Source: Mycobacteriales bacterium
Lineage (GTDB): Bacteria; Actinomycetota; Actinomycetes; Frankiales; Frankiaceae
Length of the DNA stretch: 64,000 bases
Assembly (NCBI GenBank): GCA_038245655.1
Contig: JBBRSE010000018.1
Location: 743-64,742 of the forward strand
Direction: 5' to 3'
Positions within the stretch are counted from its first letter, which is position 1; the number at the start of each line of letters is the position of its first letter. A program made the translations under genes and the position numbers. Shown here piece by piece: positions 32,204-41,120 of the stretch. Under the pieces are notes generated by a model that searched no databases, had not been told where the DNA came from, and was given only the letters and a program-made list of their open reading frames with translations.

Positions 32204-34075
32204 TCACGGGATCGAGAGCGGGTAGATCACTGGCTTGGTGTTGGTCGGCGGCACCCGCATGCTGGCCAGGGCGAACTGCATGATCTTCGCGAACGCCGGC
32301 GCCGCGACCGAGCCGCCGTAGATGCTGCTCGTCGGGTTATCCAGCGTGACGAGCACCACGAGAGACGGGTTGTCGGCGGGGGCGAACCCGACGAACGAGG
32401 CGACGTAGCCCTTGTACTTGCCGGTATTGGGGTCGATCCGGTTTGCCGTGCCGGTCTTGCCGGCGACCCGGTAGCCCGGGATCGACGCCAGATTGCCCGT
32501 ACCGCTGGTGTTGGTGACCTGCTCGAGCAGTTGCGACACGGTCGTCGCGGTCTGCTTGCTGACGACTCGCCTGGTCGGCCCCGGGGTGGCATCGACGACC
32601 TTGCCGTTGCCGTCGATCTTTCCGGCGATGACGCGCGGCGTGACCCGCACCCCGCCGTTGGCAATGGTCGCGTATGCCATCGCCACCTGCAACGCGTTGA
32701 CCGACATGCTCTGCCCGAACGGGATGTTGTCGGCCTGCGCTTCGGACCAGGTGTTGGACTTGGCGAGCAGCCCGGCGGACTCCCCCGGCAGTCCGACGCC
32801 GGTCAGAAACCCGAGACCGAAGGCGCGCAGCGCGTCTTCCAACGTCTGACGCGAGGGCAACTTGCGGCTGATGAGCATCGTGCCGAGGTTGCTCGACTTG
32901 GCGAGCACGCCAGCCACGGTGGCCTTCTCGGGCCCGTGATCCTCGGCGTCATGGATGGTGTATCCGCCCGGAGCGGAAATGCCGAGCGGAGAGTTGCCGC
33001 CGCGCGACAGCGGGATGTCGACCTCAGACGTGGGCGTCACGATGCCCCGGTCGATCGCCGAGGAAACCGTCACCAGCTTGTTGACGCTGCCCGGCTCGAA
33101 CGTCCAGGCAACATCCGGGTTCAGCAGGTCCGCAGCGGTGATCTTCGCCGGATTGTTGGGGTTGAAGCCCGGCGAGCTCGCCATCGCGTAGACGTCGCCG
33201 GTATGCGGGTTGACGACGATCGCGACACCCTTGATGGCACCGGAGGCCTTGACCTCGTCGCTCAGGGTTTTCTCCGTGAAGTACTGGATGTCGCGGTCCA
33301 GCGTGAGCTGCAGCCCCTGTCCCGGAACCGGCTCCTTCTCCCGATGGGTGCCCGACGGGATGGTGCGGCCCTGCGGGTCCTCCTCGACGACGAGGGTGCC
33401 GTTCCTGCCGGCAAGGCTTGTGTTGTAAGCACTTTCCAGGCCCGCCAGTCCGACGCCATCGCGCCCGACGATCCCCAGGACGTTGGCCGCCAGCTCGCCG
33501 GCCGGGTACAGCCGCTTGGTCTGCGGGTTGGTGCCGATGCCGGCCAGGTTGAGCTTCAGCACCTGCTGCCCGACTGAATAGTCGACGTCCTTCGCGAGGT
33601 AGACGAACGGCGTATTACTGATCATGCGCGCCAGCAGCGGCGCCTCCGGCATGTGGAGCACGCGGGCCAACCTCTTGGCCTCACCCTCGGCATCCGTGAC
33701 CTTCGGCGGCTGCACGTAGACGTCGGCGGCGTCGACATCGACCGCGAGCACGTGGCCCGAACGGTCCCGAATCTCACCGCGGGTCGCCGGCTGCGGCACG
33801 CTGTGAGTGCGCTGCAACTGCGCCATCTGAGCGTAGGAATGCGCCTGAAAACCCTGCAGCTGAACGAGGCGACCGGCAAGGAGCAGGAAGAGCGCGGCCA
33901 ACGCGGCGGCAGCCATGCGCAGCCGCTTTCCAGAGGAACGAAGCTGGTAGCCGCGGCGGCGCCGCTCGCTCCCGCCATCGCGACGATCACCGGGACGCGC
34001 CGCCGGCCGGGCAGGCGCGCGGCGGGGGGCCGGACGCCGCTCGCGTACCGGAGGAGGTGCGGTCGGGCCCATCAT
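32204..34075 (-). CDS. ftsI: Class B penicillin-binding protein (FtsI/PbpB)
   Basis: SxxK (SVNK), SxN (SSN) and KTG (GKTGTA) motifs with an N-terminal TM anchor. ATGA overlap with the ftsL stop. Confidence 0.93.
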   Translation of the reverse strand: MMGPTAPPPVRERRPAPRRAPARPAARPGDRRDGGSERRRRGYQLRSSGKRLRMAAAALAALFLLLAGRLVQLQGFQAHSYAQMAQLQRTHSVPQPATRGEIRDRSGHVLAVDVDAADVYVQPPKVTDAEGEAKRLARVLHMPEAPLLARMISNTPFVYLAKDVDYSVGQQVLKLNLAGIGTNPQTKRLYPAGELAANVLGIVGRDGVGLAGLESAYNTSLAGRNGTLVVEEDPQGRTIPSGTHREKEPVPGQGLQLTLDRDIQYFTEKTLSDEVKASGAIKGVAIVVNPHTGDVYAMASSPGFNPNNPAKITAADLLNPDVAWTFEPGSVNKLVTVSSAIDRGIVTPTSEVDIPLSRGGNSPLGISAPGGYTIHDAEDHGPEKATVAGVLAKSSNLGTMLISRKLPSRQTLEDALRAFGLGFLTGVGLPGESAGLLAKSNTWSEAQADNIPFGQSMSVNALQVAMAYATIANGGVRVTPRVIAGKIDGNGKVVDATPGPTRRVVSKQTATTVSQLLEQVTNTSGTGNLASIPGYRVAGKTGTANRIDPNTGKYKGYVASFVGFAPADNPSLVVLVTLDNPTSSIYGGSVAAPAFAKIMQFALASMRVPPTNTKPVIYPLSIP

Positions 34076-34782
34076 TGCCCCCCGGTGGACGCTGGGGTGG
34101 TCGGCTGCTTTGCGGGCGTGGTTATCGTGCCGGTTGTGCCAGTGGTCCTGGCGGTGCCGCTAGTCGTGGTGGTCTTCCTGGCCGGCAGCTGACCCGTAGC
34201 CGGCGTCCTGGTCGGCAGCCGGGGAAGGGCCTTCTTCACGGGCAGCTTTGCTGTGACGGGCGGCTTGGCCTTGACCGGCTTGGCCTTGACCGGCTGCTTA
34301 GCGGCCGGGGTCACCGCCGGCGGCACCTGCGGCACGACCGGCGGCGCGGGGACGACGGGCACGACCCCGGGCACGTAGATGAGGTTCCCCAGCCGAATTC
34401 CGCCCTTGGGTATGGGTTGCCCCTTCGCCAGGAAGACCGGTGCACCGCCCGGTACCAGGCCGAGCTTGGACGCGCGATAGGCCAGCCGCGCCGGGTCATC
34501 GAGCCCATCCTCCGGGCTGGCGAACTGCTGGCGCTGGCGGTCCAGCAATGCCTGCTGGCTTTGCAACGAATGCAGGCGGAAAGCGTCTTGGGCGGACGCC
34601 GTGTTGAGCAGCAGCAGACTGACGAGCCCGGAAGCCAGGAGTACGAGCAGCAGCGCGACGAAGGGGGCACGGCGGGCTCGCACCGGCGGCGGCACCAGGG
34701 ACAGCAGCGCGCGCCCTCTGGTGGCGGCGAAACCGGCTCGTTGTGCCGCCCCTTGCGGGGCGGTGACCGGATCCGCGCTCAC
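34072..34782 (-). CDS. ftsL: FtsL-like septation protein with a Pro/Thr/Lys-rich C-terminal extension
   Basis: Single TM helix ([19 protein letters not shown]) followed by a short coiled-coil. Conserved slot between rsmH and ftsI. GTGA overlap with the rsmH stop. Confidence 0.65.
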   Translation of the reverse strand: MSADPVTAPQGAAQRAGFAATRGRALLSLVPPPVRARRAPFVALLLVLLASGLVSLLLLNTASAQDAFRLHSLQSQQALLDRQRQQFASPEDGLDDPARLAYRASKLGLVPGGAPVFLAKGQPIPKGGIRLGNLIYVPGVVPVVPAPPVVPQVPPAVTPAAKQPVKAKPVKAKPPVTAKLPVKKALPRLPTRTPATGQLPARKTTTTSGTARTTGTTGTITTPAKQPTTPASTGGQ

Positions 34783-35882
34783 GGTCGACCAGCTCCTCGA
34801 AGGGCCGCGACGATCGCTCGCGGCAGCGGTGCGTCGAGACGCTCGGCGGCGCGCAGCCGAGCCGACGCGGCGCGCGGGTTGGACTCCACCTCCGCTTCCG
34901 AGGGGCGTTCGGCGCCGCGGGTCAGCAGCCGCAGGGCGGCGGGCGGGGGCGGCACGGGTAGATCAGGCGGAAGCTGCGCGTCACGCTCGGGATGCGCTCC
35001 CGCGACGAGAGTCCGCTTCACGATGCGGTCCTCCAGGGACTGGTAGGCCAGGACCGCGACCCGTCCCCCGCGAGCCAGCGCGGCAACGGCCGCTGGAAGC
35101 GCTGAGGTCAACGACTGCAGCTCCGCGTTGACCTCGATGCGCAACGCCTGAAAGGTGCGCTTGGCGGGATGGCCACCGGTGCGTCGGGTAGCGGCAGGAA
35201 CCGCGTCACGCACGAGCTCGGCCAGCCGTGCGGTGCCGGTGATGGGGGCGGACTCGCGCTCCCGGACGATGGACTCGGCAATGCGCCGCGCGAACCGCTC
35301 CTCGCCGTACGTGCGTAGCACCCGCGTCAGCTCTCCCGTCCCGTAACCATTGATGACGTCTCCGGCCGTAAGCCCCCTCGACTGATCCATCCGCATGTCG
35401 AGCGGCGCGTCCCGGCTGTAGGAGAAGCCTCGCTTTCCATCGTCGAGCTGAAGCGACGACACGCCGAGATCAAGGAGGACTGCCGAAATCCCCCCGTTCG
35501 GGGGATGAACCGCGACAAGACCCAAGGAATCCAATACGTCGGGGATCTCGTCGTACACGGCCTGGACCAACCGGACCCGATCCCCATATGGCGCAAGGCG
35601 AATGCGCGACTCGGCCAACGCATCGGCGTCGCGGTCGATCCCAATCAATTGGGCCTGCGGGGCGGCGTCAAGGAGCGCCGCGCTGTGGCCACCAAGACCG
35701 ACCGTGGCATCGACTAACACCGACCCCGGCTGGGAAAGCGCAGGAGCGAGGAGCTCGATGATCCGGTCCACGAGCACCGGCTCGTGGCGAAACTGCGGCC
35801 GGGACGAGTCAGGCGCCATTCCCGCCGTCCCTTCCATCGTGGGGCTTCGGGCCGGACAAACCTTGATCTGGTCTATGGGCAT
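34779..35882 (-). CDS. rsmH: 16S rRNA m4C1402 methyltransferase RsmH (MraW); start uncertain
   Basis: Motifs [35 protein letters not shown]. In-frame ATGs at 35882, 35837 and 35819. Confidence 0.93.
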   Translation of the reverse strand: MPIDQIKVCPARSPTMEGTAGMAPDSSRPQFRHEPVLVDRIIELLAPALSQPGSVLVDATVGLGGHSAALLDAAPQAQLIGIDRDADALAESRIRLAPYGDRVRLVQAVYDEIPDVLDSLGLVAVHPPNGGISAVLLDLGVSSLQLDDGKRGFSYSRDAPLDMRMDQSRGLTAGDVINGYGTGELTRVLRTYGEERFARRIAESIVRERESAPITGTARLAELVRDAVPAATRRTGGHPAKRTFQALRIEVNAELQSLTSALPAAVAALARGGRVAVLAYQSLEDRIVKRTLVAGAHPERDAQLPPDLPVPPPPAALRLLTRGAERPSEAEVESNPRAASARLRAAERLDAPLPRAIVAALRGAGRP

Positions 35883-36000
35883 CCGGTCAGGTCCAGGTCC
35901 GCTCTACCGCCAGGCACCGGGGAAGGTGCGCCAGGATGCGAGCGGGCCGGAACCTCGCCGTACGCGATGACTGATACGCCGACGCGATGGGTCGACGTGG

Positions 36001-36432
36001 TCAGAGCACTCCGGGCAGCACCTCCTCCTGGAGTTCGGCGAAACGAACGTCATTGCCCGCGTCCCACTCGTCGAAGGCGGGGGCGTTCCACACCTCGAAG
36101 CGGGCGTTGGTACCGACCACGACGCAGTCGCGGTCCAGGCCGGCGTATTCGCGCAGCGCCACCGGCAGCGTGACGCGGCCCTGCTTGTCCGGGACCTCGA
36201 GGGAGGCCGAGCCGAAGAACGTGCGCTGATAGTTACGCAGCGCGGCCGATCCGAGGGGGGCATCGCGCAGGGCCTCGCCGATCCGGGCGAACGCGGCCGC
36301 GGTGTAGCCGTAAAGGCAGCGGTCCTGACCCTTCGTCACCACGACCCCCTCGGCCAACTCGTCACGAAACCGGGCCGGAAGGGCGAGCCGGCCCTTTTCA
36401 TCCAGCCGCGGCCGGTGGGTGCCAAGGAACAC
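36001..36432 (-). CDS. mraZ: Transcriptional regulator MraZ
   Basis: 143 aa with two DxxxR SpoVT/AbrB-like repeats ([14 protein letters not shown] and [14 protein letters not shown]). Confidence 0.95.
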   Translation of the reverse strand: MFLGTHRPRLDEKGRLALPARFRDELAEGVVVTKGQDRCLYGYTAAAFARIGEALRDAPLGSAALRNYQRTFFGSASLEVPDKQGRVTLPVALREYAGLDRDCVVVGTNARFEVWNAPAFDEWDAGNDVRFAELQEEVLPGVL

Positions 36433-36496
36433 GCCACACCTCCGCCCGCGACGCCAAAGGGGCCAAGCGGATCGACCCGATCACGATGAGGGATCG

Positions 36497-36536
36497 CCAC
36501 ACCCCGCTGCCCCACGGTTACCCACATTACCCCACT
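36497..36536 (-). promoter_or_regulatory. Candidate MraZ operator: GTGGG direct repeats at 10-bp phasing
   Basis: The minus strand reads AAGTGGGGTAATGTGGGTAACCGTGGGGCAGCGGGGTGTGG. CCCAC falls at 36511-15, 36521-25 and 36531-35 on the plus strand, 80-100 nt upstream of the mraZ ATG. Confidence 0.6.
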
Positions 36537-36618
36537 TCCCCCCTCCCAAACAGTCATTCACCCTCCGCAGCCCCCATGGCGAGACGCCGACGAGCCCAGA
36601 ACGGGTGAAGATGGACGC

Positions 36619-37119
36619 GTGACCGGACCCTCGAAAGCACCCGCAGCGCCGACGGAAGTGCCGCTCACCTGGCTCGCCCCGTCACACCGACTGCTGGCGC
36701 TACGCCGGTGGCAACTGCGGGTCGCCGGGCTGGCACTGGTCCTGGGCGCCGTCGTGATTACCCTGTTCGCGACGACCGGTGGACTGATCGCCCTCGCCTT
36801 GGTGCTAGCTGCCGAGATCGCGGCCGAGGTGATCCTGCTCCGGCGATTCCGGGCCTGGGGTTACGCCGAGCGAGCCGAGGACTTGCTGGTCCGGCGCGGC
36901 GTGCTGGTCCGGCGGCTCTCGGTGGTCCCGTACGGCCGCATGCAGTTCGTCGACGTCGTCGCCGGCCCGCTGGAGCGCAGTTGGGGCCTCGCGACCGTGC
37001 GACTGCACACGGCGGCAGCAGCGAGCGACGCCCGCGTCCCGGGCCTGCCGGCGGCCGAGGCGGAGCGGCTACGCGACCGGCTGGCCATGCTCGGGGAGTC
37101 GCGGGCGGCCGGCCTGTGA
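36619..37119 (+). CDS. bPH_2 (YdbS-like) membrane protein with a PH domain
   Basis: 166 aa: two TM helices followed by a PH-like segment (LLVRRGVLVRRLSVVPYGRMQFVDV). Confidence 0.75.
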   Translation: MTGPSKAPAAPTEVPLTWLAPSHRLLALRRWQLRVAGLALVLGAVVITLFATTGGLIALALVLAAEIAAEVILLRRFRAWGYAERAEDLLVRRGVLVRRLSVVPYGRMQFVDVVAGPLERSWGLATVRLHTAAAASDARVPGLPAAEAERLRDRLAMLGESRAAGL

Positions 37120-38543
37120 CGGCGTCTCCGAGGCCTCCTGGGCCGCCTTGGTCCCCTGGACCGCCGGGCGTGTCGGAGTTGGCGCCTGAGCCTGCGGACC
37201 AGCCGAGCGCACCAGGCTCCGAATGGGCCAGGCTCCATCCGCTCAGCCCGCTGCTGAAGGGCTGGCGAGTGCTGGGAGTGCTGGCCGCCTTCACCGCGCA
37301 GGACCAGCTACGCCGAGGCGGCCTGCCAGGTCGCCAACTACTGGTCTTCGCAGCGGTTGTCCTGCTGGGGTCCGCCATCGCGAGTTACGTGTCCTGGCGA
37401 CGTCGCCGCTGGCGGGTCGAGGGCGGTGACCTGCGGCTGGATTACGGCGTGTTCACCCGCAAGAGCCGCCGGGTACCGCTCGCTCGACTGCAGGCGATCG
37501 ATGTCGTACGGCCGTTACTGGCCCGCGCCCTCGGCCTCGCTGAACTCCGGCTCGAGGTCGTGGGCCACGGCAGCACCGAGGCCACGCTCGCCTACCTCAC
37601 CGAGCCGCACGCCCAGCAGGTGCGCGGCTACCTGCTCGACCTGGCCCACCGGCCGGCGGCGGAGGTCATTCTTTCCCCGCACCCTTCCCCGCACCCTTCC
37701 CCGCCCATCCCTTCGTGGGGGCCACATGACGAGGCCGTGCTTGTGGCCGTGCCCGCCGGACGGTTCGTGGCGTCGCTGATCCTGTCCGCCTCCGGGGCCT
37801 TCACCGCGATCTTCGGCGGGGCGATCGCGCTCGCGTTCCTGGTGACCCCGGCCGCAGCCGGCGGAGTTGCTGCGGCTCTGCTCCCGATCGGGGCAACCCT
37901 CTACCGCAAGTTCACCATCGAGTTCGGGTTTACGGTTGCGCTCTCGCCGCAGGGTCTGCGCCTGCGTCACGGGCTGCTCGACACCCGTCAGCAAACCGTC
38001 CCACGTGGCCGCGTTCAGGCGGTACGCATCGTCGAACCTTGGCTCTGGCGACGGCTCGGCTGGGTGCGGGTGGAGGTCGACGTCGCCGGCTACCGCGGCA
38101 ACGGCGCCGCAGCCGCCGAGGAAAGGGCGGCCAGTGGCGTGCTGCTCCCGGTCGCACTCCGGTCCGAGTCGGCGGCCGTCATCCAGGCCGTACTCCCCGG
38201 GCTGGACCTTGCGGCCCTGCGGCCGGTCCGCCCGCCGCGGCGCGCACGCTGGCGGGCACCCCTGTCCTGGCACAACCTCGGTGCGGCCTTCGACGCGGGC
38301 TGGTCGGTCACGTCGTACGGAAGGATCCGACGAGTAACCGACGTGGTCCCGCAAGACAAATTGCAGAGCGTGCGGCTGGTCCAGGGGCCTGTGCAGCGCC
38401 GGCTACGACTGGCCACGGTCCACCTCGACACCGCGGGCCGCCGGGTCCACGCTGCCGCCCGGCATTGGGACGCCGACCAAGCGGAGCAGCTCACCGACGC
38501 GCTCGCAACGCTGGCGCGCACGGCGCGTTCGCACCACGGCTGA
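37116..38543 (+). CDS. YdbT-like membrane protein with repeated bPH_2 domains
   Basis: GTG at 37116 in a GTGA overlap with the upstream stop. Three repeats of the pattern ...R..VPL.R.Q.V... separated by TM segments. Confidence 0.75.
   Translation: MTASPRPPGPPWSPGPPGVSELAPEPADQPSAPGSEWARLHPLSPLLKGWRVLGVLAAFTAQDQLRRGGLPGRQLLVFAAVVLLGSAIASYVSWRRRRWRVEGGDLRLDYGVFTRKSRRVPLARLQAIDVVRPLLARALGLAELRLEVVGHGSTEATLAYLTEPHAQQVRGYLLDLAHRPAAEVILSPHPSPHPSPPIPSWGPHDEAVLVAVPAGRFVASLILSASGAFTAIFGGAIALAFLVTPAAAGGVAAALLPIGATLYRKFTIEFGFTVALSPQGLRLRHGLLDTRQQTVPRGRVQAVRIVEPWLWRRLGWVRVEVDVAGYRGNGAAAAEERAASGVLLPVALRSESAAVIQAVLPGLDLAALRPVRPPRRARWRAPLSWHNLGAAFDAGWSVTSYGRIRRVTDVVPQDKLQSVRLVQGPVQRRLRLATVHLDTAGRRVHAAARHWDADQAEQLTDALATLARTARSHHG
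37677..37707. repeat. 12-nt tandem repeat (about 2.5 copies) inside the YdbT-like gene
   Basis: CCCGCACCCTTC at 37677-37688 and 37689-37700, then a partial third copy. Encodes PHPSPHPSP. Confidence 0.9.
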
Positions 38544-38673
38544 TCGCCGGCTGATCCGCCAGGATCCTCGTGGCGCCGTCCGGTTTGCCGGATTCCGACC
38601 GGGATCCCGGGAGCGAGGGGCGCGGAACGCCACGGCGAGGCACACTTGGGGCAACCGACCCAGGAGGTACGCG

Positions 38674-39753
38674 GTGGTTGACCCGTTGTCCATGGCGGCG
38701 TCCCCAGGGGGTTTCGCTCAGCGGCCCCATGGGGATTGGCCGCACACGGCTCGGGGTCGCGGCGTCGCCGTGAATGACGATCTCGAGCCCGACGTCGAGC
38801 GGGTGGGCGAGATCGGCGACCAGTTGCTGGCCGCCATCGAGACGGTGATCGACGGCAAGGCTGCGGTCATACGTACCGCGCTCGTCGTCCTTTTCTCCGA
38901 GGGCCACCTGCTGATCGAAGACGTTCCGGGCGTCGGCAAGACGATGCTCGCCAAGACGCTGGCCGCTGCGATGTCGGGCAGCGTGCGCCGTATCCAGTTC
39001 ACGCCTGACCTACTCCCCAGCGATGTGACAGGCGTCAGCGTGTTCGAGCCGGGCACCCGCACGTTCGAGTTCCGGCCGGGTGCGGTCTTCGCCAATGTCG
39101 TCATCGGTGACGAGATCAACCGCGCCAGCCCGAAAACCCAGTCAGCCCTGCTGGAGTGCATGGAGGAGCGCCAGGTCACGATTGACGGCGAGACCTACCG
39201 GCTGGATCCTCCGTTCTTCGTAGTCGCCACCCAGAACCCGGTGGAGATGGAAGGCACCTACCCGCTGCCGGAGGCGCAGCGCGACCGCTTCACCGCGCAG
39301 GTCGCGATGGGCTACCCGTCAGCCACGGCTGAGCTCGCCATGCTCGACAACCACACCAGCGGGTCGCCGCTGGATGAGCTGAAGCCGGTCACCACGACCG
39401 ACGAGATCGCCCGGCTGTCAGCGGTCGTGCGCGGCATCCATGTCGCCGACGACGTCCGCCGATACGTGGTCGATCTGGTGACCGCCACGCGCCGCCACCC
39501 GGAGCTTCGCCTCGGCGCGTCACCCCGCGCCGGCCTGCAACTGCTTCGCACGTCCCGCGCGGCGGCTGCCCTGGAAGGGAGGGCCTACGTCCTGCCGGAC
39601 GACATCCAGGCGCTCGCCGGCGCCGTGCTGTCACACCGGCTGCTGCTGACGTCGGAGGCGGCGCAGAGCCGGCGGGAACCGTTCGACATCGTCGGTGAGA
39701 TCGTCGCTCGGCTGCCGTTGCCGGCACCTTCGGTACGGCGGCGGTCGCGCTGA
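38674..39753 (+). CDS. MoxR-family AAA+ ATPase
   Basis: Walker A GVPGVGKT and Walker B VVIGDEINRA. GTG at 38674 lies 6 nt after AGGAGG. Confidence 0.9.
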   Translation: MVDPLSMAASPGGFAQRPHGDWPHTARGRGVAVNDDLEPDVERVGEIGDQLLAAIETVIDGKAAVIRTALVVLFSEGHLLIEDVPGVGKTMLAKTLAAAMSGSVRRIQFTPDLLPSDVTGVSVFEPGTRTFEFRPGAVFANVVIGDEINRASPKTQSALLECMEERQVTIDGETYRLDPPFFVVATQNPVEMEGTYPLPEAQRDRFTAQVAMGYPSATAELAMLDNHTSGSPLDELKPVTTTDEIARLSAVVRGIHVADDVRRYVVDLVTATRRHPELRLGASPRAGLQLLRTSRAAAALEGRAYVLPDDIQALAGAVLSHRLLLTSEAAQSRREPFDIVGEIVARLPLPAPSVRRRSR

Positions 39754-39839
39754 GCGGCAAGCAACCCTTACGGCGGCAGAGCAAGCTCTCGCCGCCGTCC
39801 GCCGGCGCCGCTTCGCAGCGCACGCCGCGTCACACGGTC

Positions 39840-41120
39840 ATGGCGCTGCAGGGCATGACCGCCCGCGGGAGAGCCTTCCTGGCGGCCGGCACCACGAGCG
39901 CGGCCGCCGGCGTGATCCTCGACCAGCGCGATCTGGTCCGCGTCGGGGTTCTCCTGCTCGCGCTGCCACTGACAGCCGCGGCCTTCCTGACTCGCTCGAA
40001 GTACCGGGTCGGCGCCAAGCGCCGGCTCGACCGGTCCCGGGCACCCGTCGGCAGCGTGGTGCGGGTCGAACTCGACGTCCGCAACGTCTCGCGATTCGCG
40101 AGTCCGATGCTGCTCGCGCGGGACGCTCTTCCGGCCGAGCTCGGCGCCGCTCCGGGTGAGGGCGCCCGCTTTGTCCTGCAACGCATTCCGGCCGGTCGCG
40201 AAGTGACCGTGAGCTACGCCGTGCGGCCGGTTCAGCGCGGGCGCTACACCGTGGGACCCCTGTCAGTACGGCTGGCCGACCCGTTCGGCTTCTGCCAGAT
40301 CGTGCGCACGTTCTCCGCGATCGACGGCCTCAGCGTCCTGCCCGCGATCGCCCCCCTGTCGGCTGGGCGGATGGGCGGCAAGTGGTCCGCCGGAGGCGAA
40401 ACCCAACAGCGCGGGGTCACGACGGGCGACGAGCAGGACGCGACGACCCGGCCGTACCGCTCCGGCGACGATCGACGCCGGGTCCACTGGCGCACCACCG
40501 CCCGGACGGGTGAGCTGTCGGTGCGACGGGAGGAGCAGCCGTGGCAGAGCCGGGCGACCCTGCTCGTCGACACCCGAGCGACCGCCCACAGCCCCGGACA
40601 GCCCTCCGGATCATTCGAGTTCGCCGTCCGCGCCGCCGCCTCGATCGCGGCGGCGCTGATCCGAAACGGCTACGGCTTAAGGCTCACCGACGACGTGGCG
40701 CGCATCATCGCCGACTCGCACACGTCGCCGGGAGAGGCGGGCTTCGCCGTCATGGATGCGCTCTGCGAGCTGGAACGCGGCGAGAACGAGACCCTGCTGC
40801 CGGTCGCCAATCGGCTCAGTGACCATTCGCAGGGCCGCGGCGCCATCGTGGCTGTTCTCGGCCGGCTGTGGCCGGGCGACGCCACCGCGCTGGCCCGGCC
40901 TTCGAACAGCGGCGTTCGCCGGCTGGCGCTGCTGGTCGACGCGGACGCCTGGACGCCGGGCCGCAACCACCCCGTCAGGACGAAAGCGGCTGAGCAACGC
41001 GACGTGTTGCAGCGGGCGGGATGGTCGGTGGCTGTCGCCCACCCGCAGTCCTCCATCGAGACGCTCTGGCGCGAGCTCAACACTCCCGAGCAGATGGACA
41101 CCCGCAGGTGGGTCGGATGA
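39840..41120 (+). CDS. DUF58-domain protein (VWA-like partner of MoxR)
   Basis: 426 aa: N-terminal TM pair followed by a DUF58 core (YRSGDDRRRVHWRTTAR). Confidence 0.8.
   Translation: MALQGMTARGRAFLAAGTTSAAAGVILDQRDLVRVGVLLLALPLTAAAFLTRSKYRVGAKRRLDRSRAPVGSVVRVELDVRNVSRFASPMLLARDALPAELGAAPGEGARFVLQRIPAGREVTVSYAVRPVQRGRYTVGPLSVRLADPFGFCQIVRTFSAIDGLSVLPAIAPLSAGRMGGKWSAGGETQQRGVTTGDEQDATTRPYRSGDDRRRVHWRTTARTGELSVRREEQPWQSRATLLVDTRATAHSPGQPSGSFEFAVRAAASIAAALIRNGYGLRLTDDVARIIADSHTSPGEAGFAVMDALCELERGENETLLPVANRLSDHSQGRGAIVAVLGRLWPGDATALARPSNSGVRRLALLVDADAWTPGRNHPVRTKAAEQRDVLQRAGWSVAVAHPQSSIETLWRELNTPEQMDTRRWVG

Noticed and set aside
36708-37115. Upstream part of the 611-aa ORF (YdbT-like)
   Set aside because: It is an alternate frame of the YdbS-like gene and is Arg/Gly/Pro-rich. 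GTG 37116 in a GTGA overlap is the sensible start. The same logic applies to 41021-41116, 54157-54249, 55224-55424 and 59033-59185.
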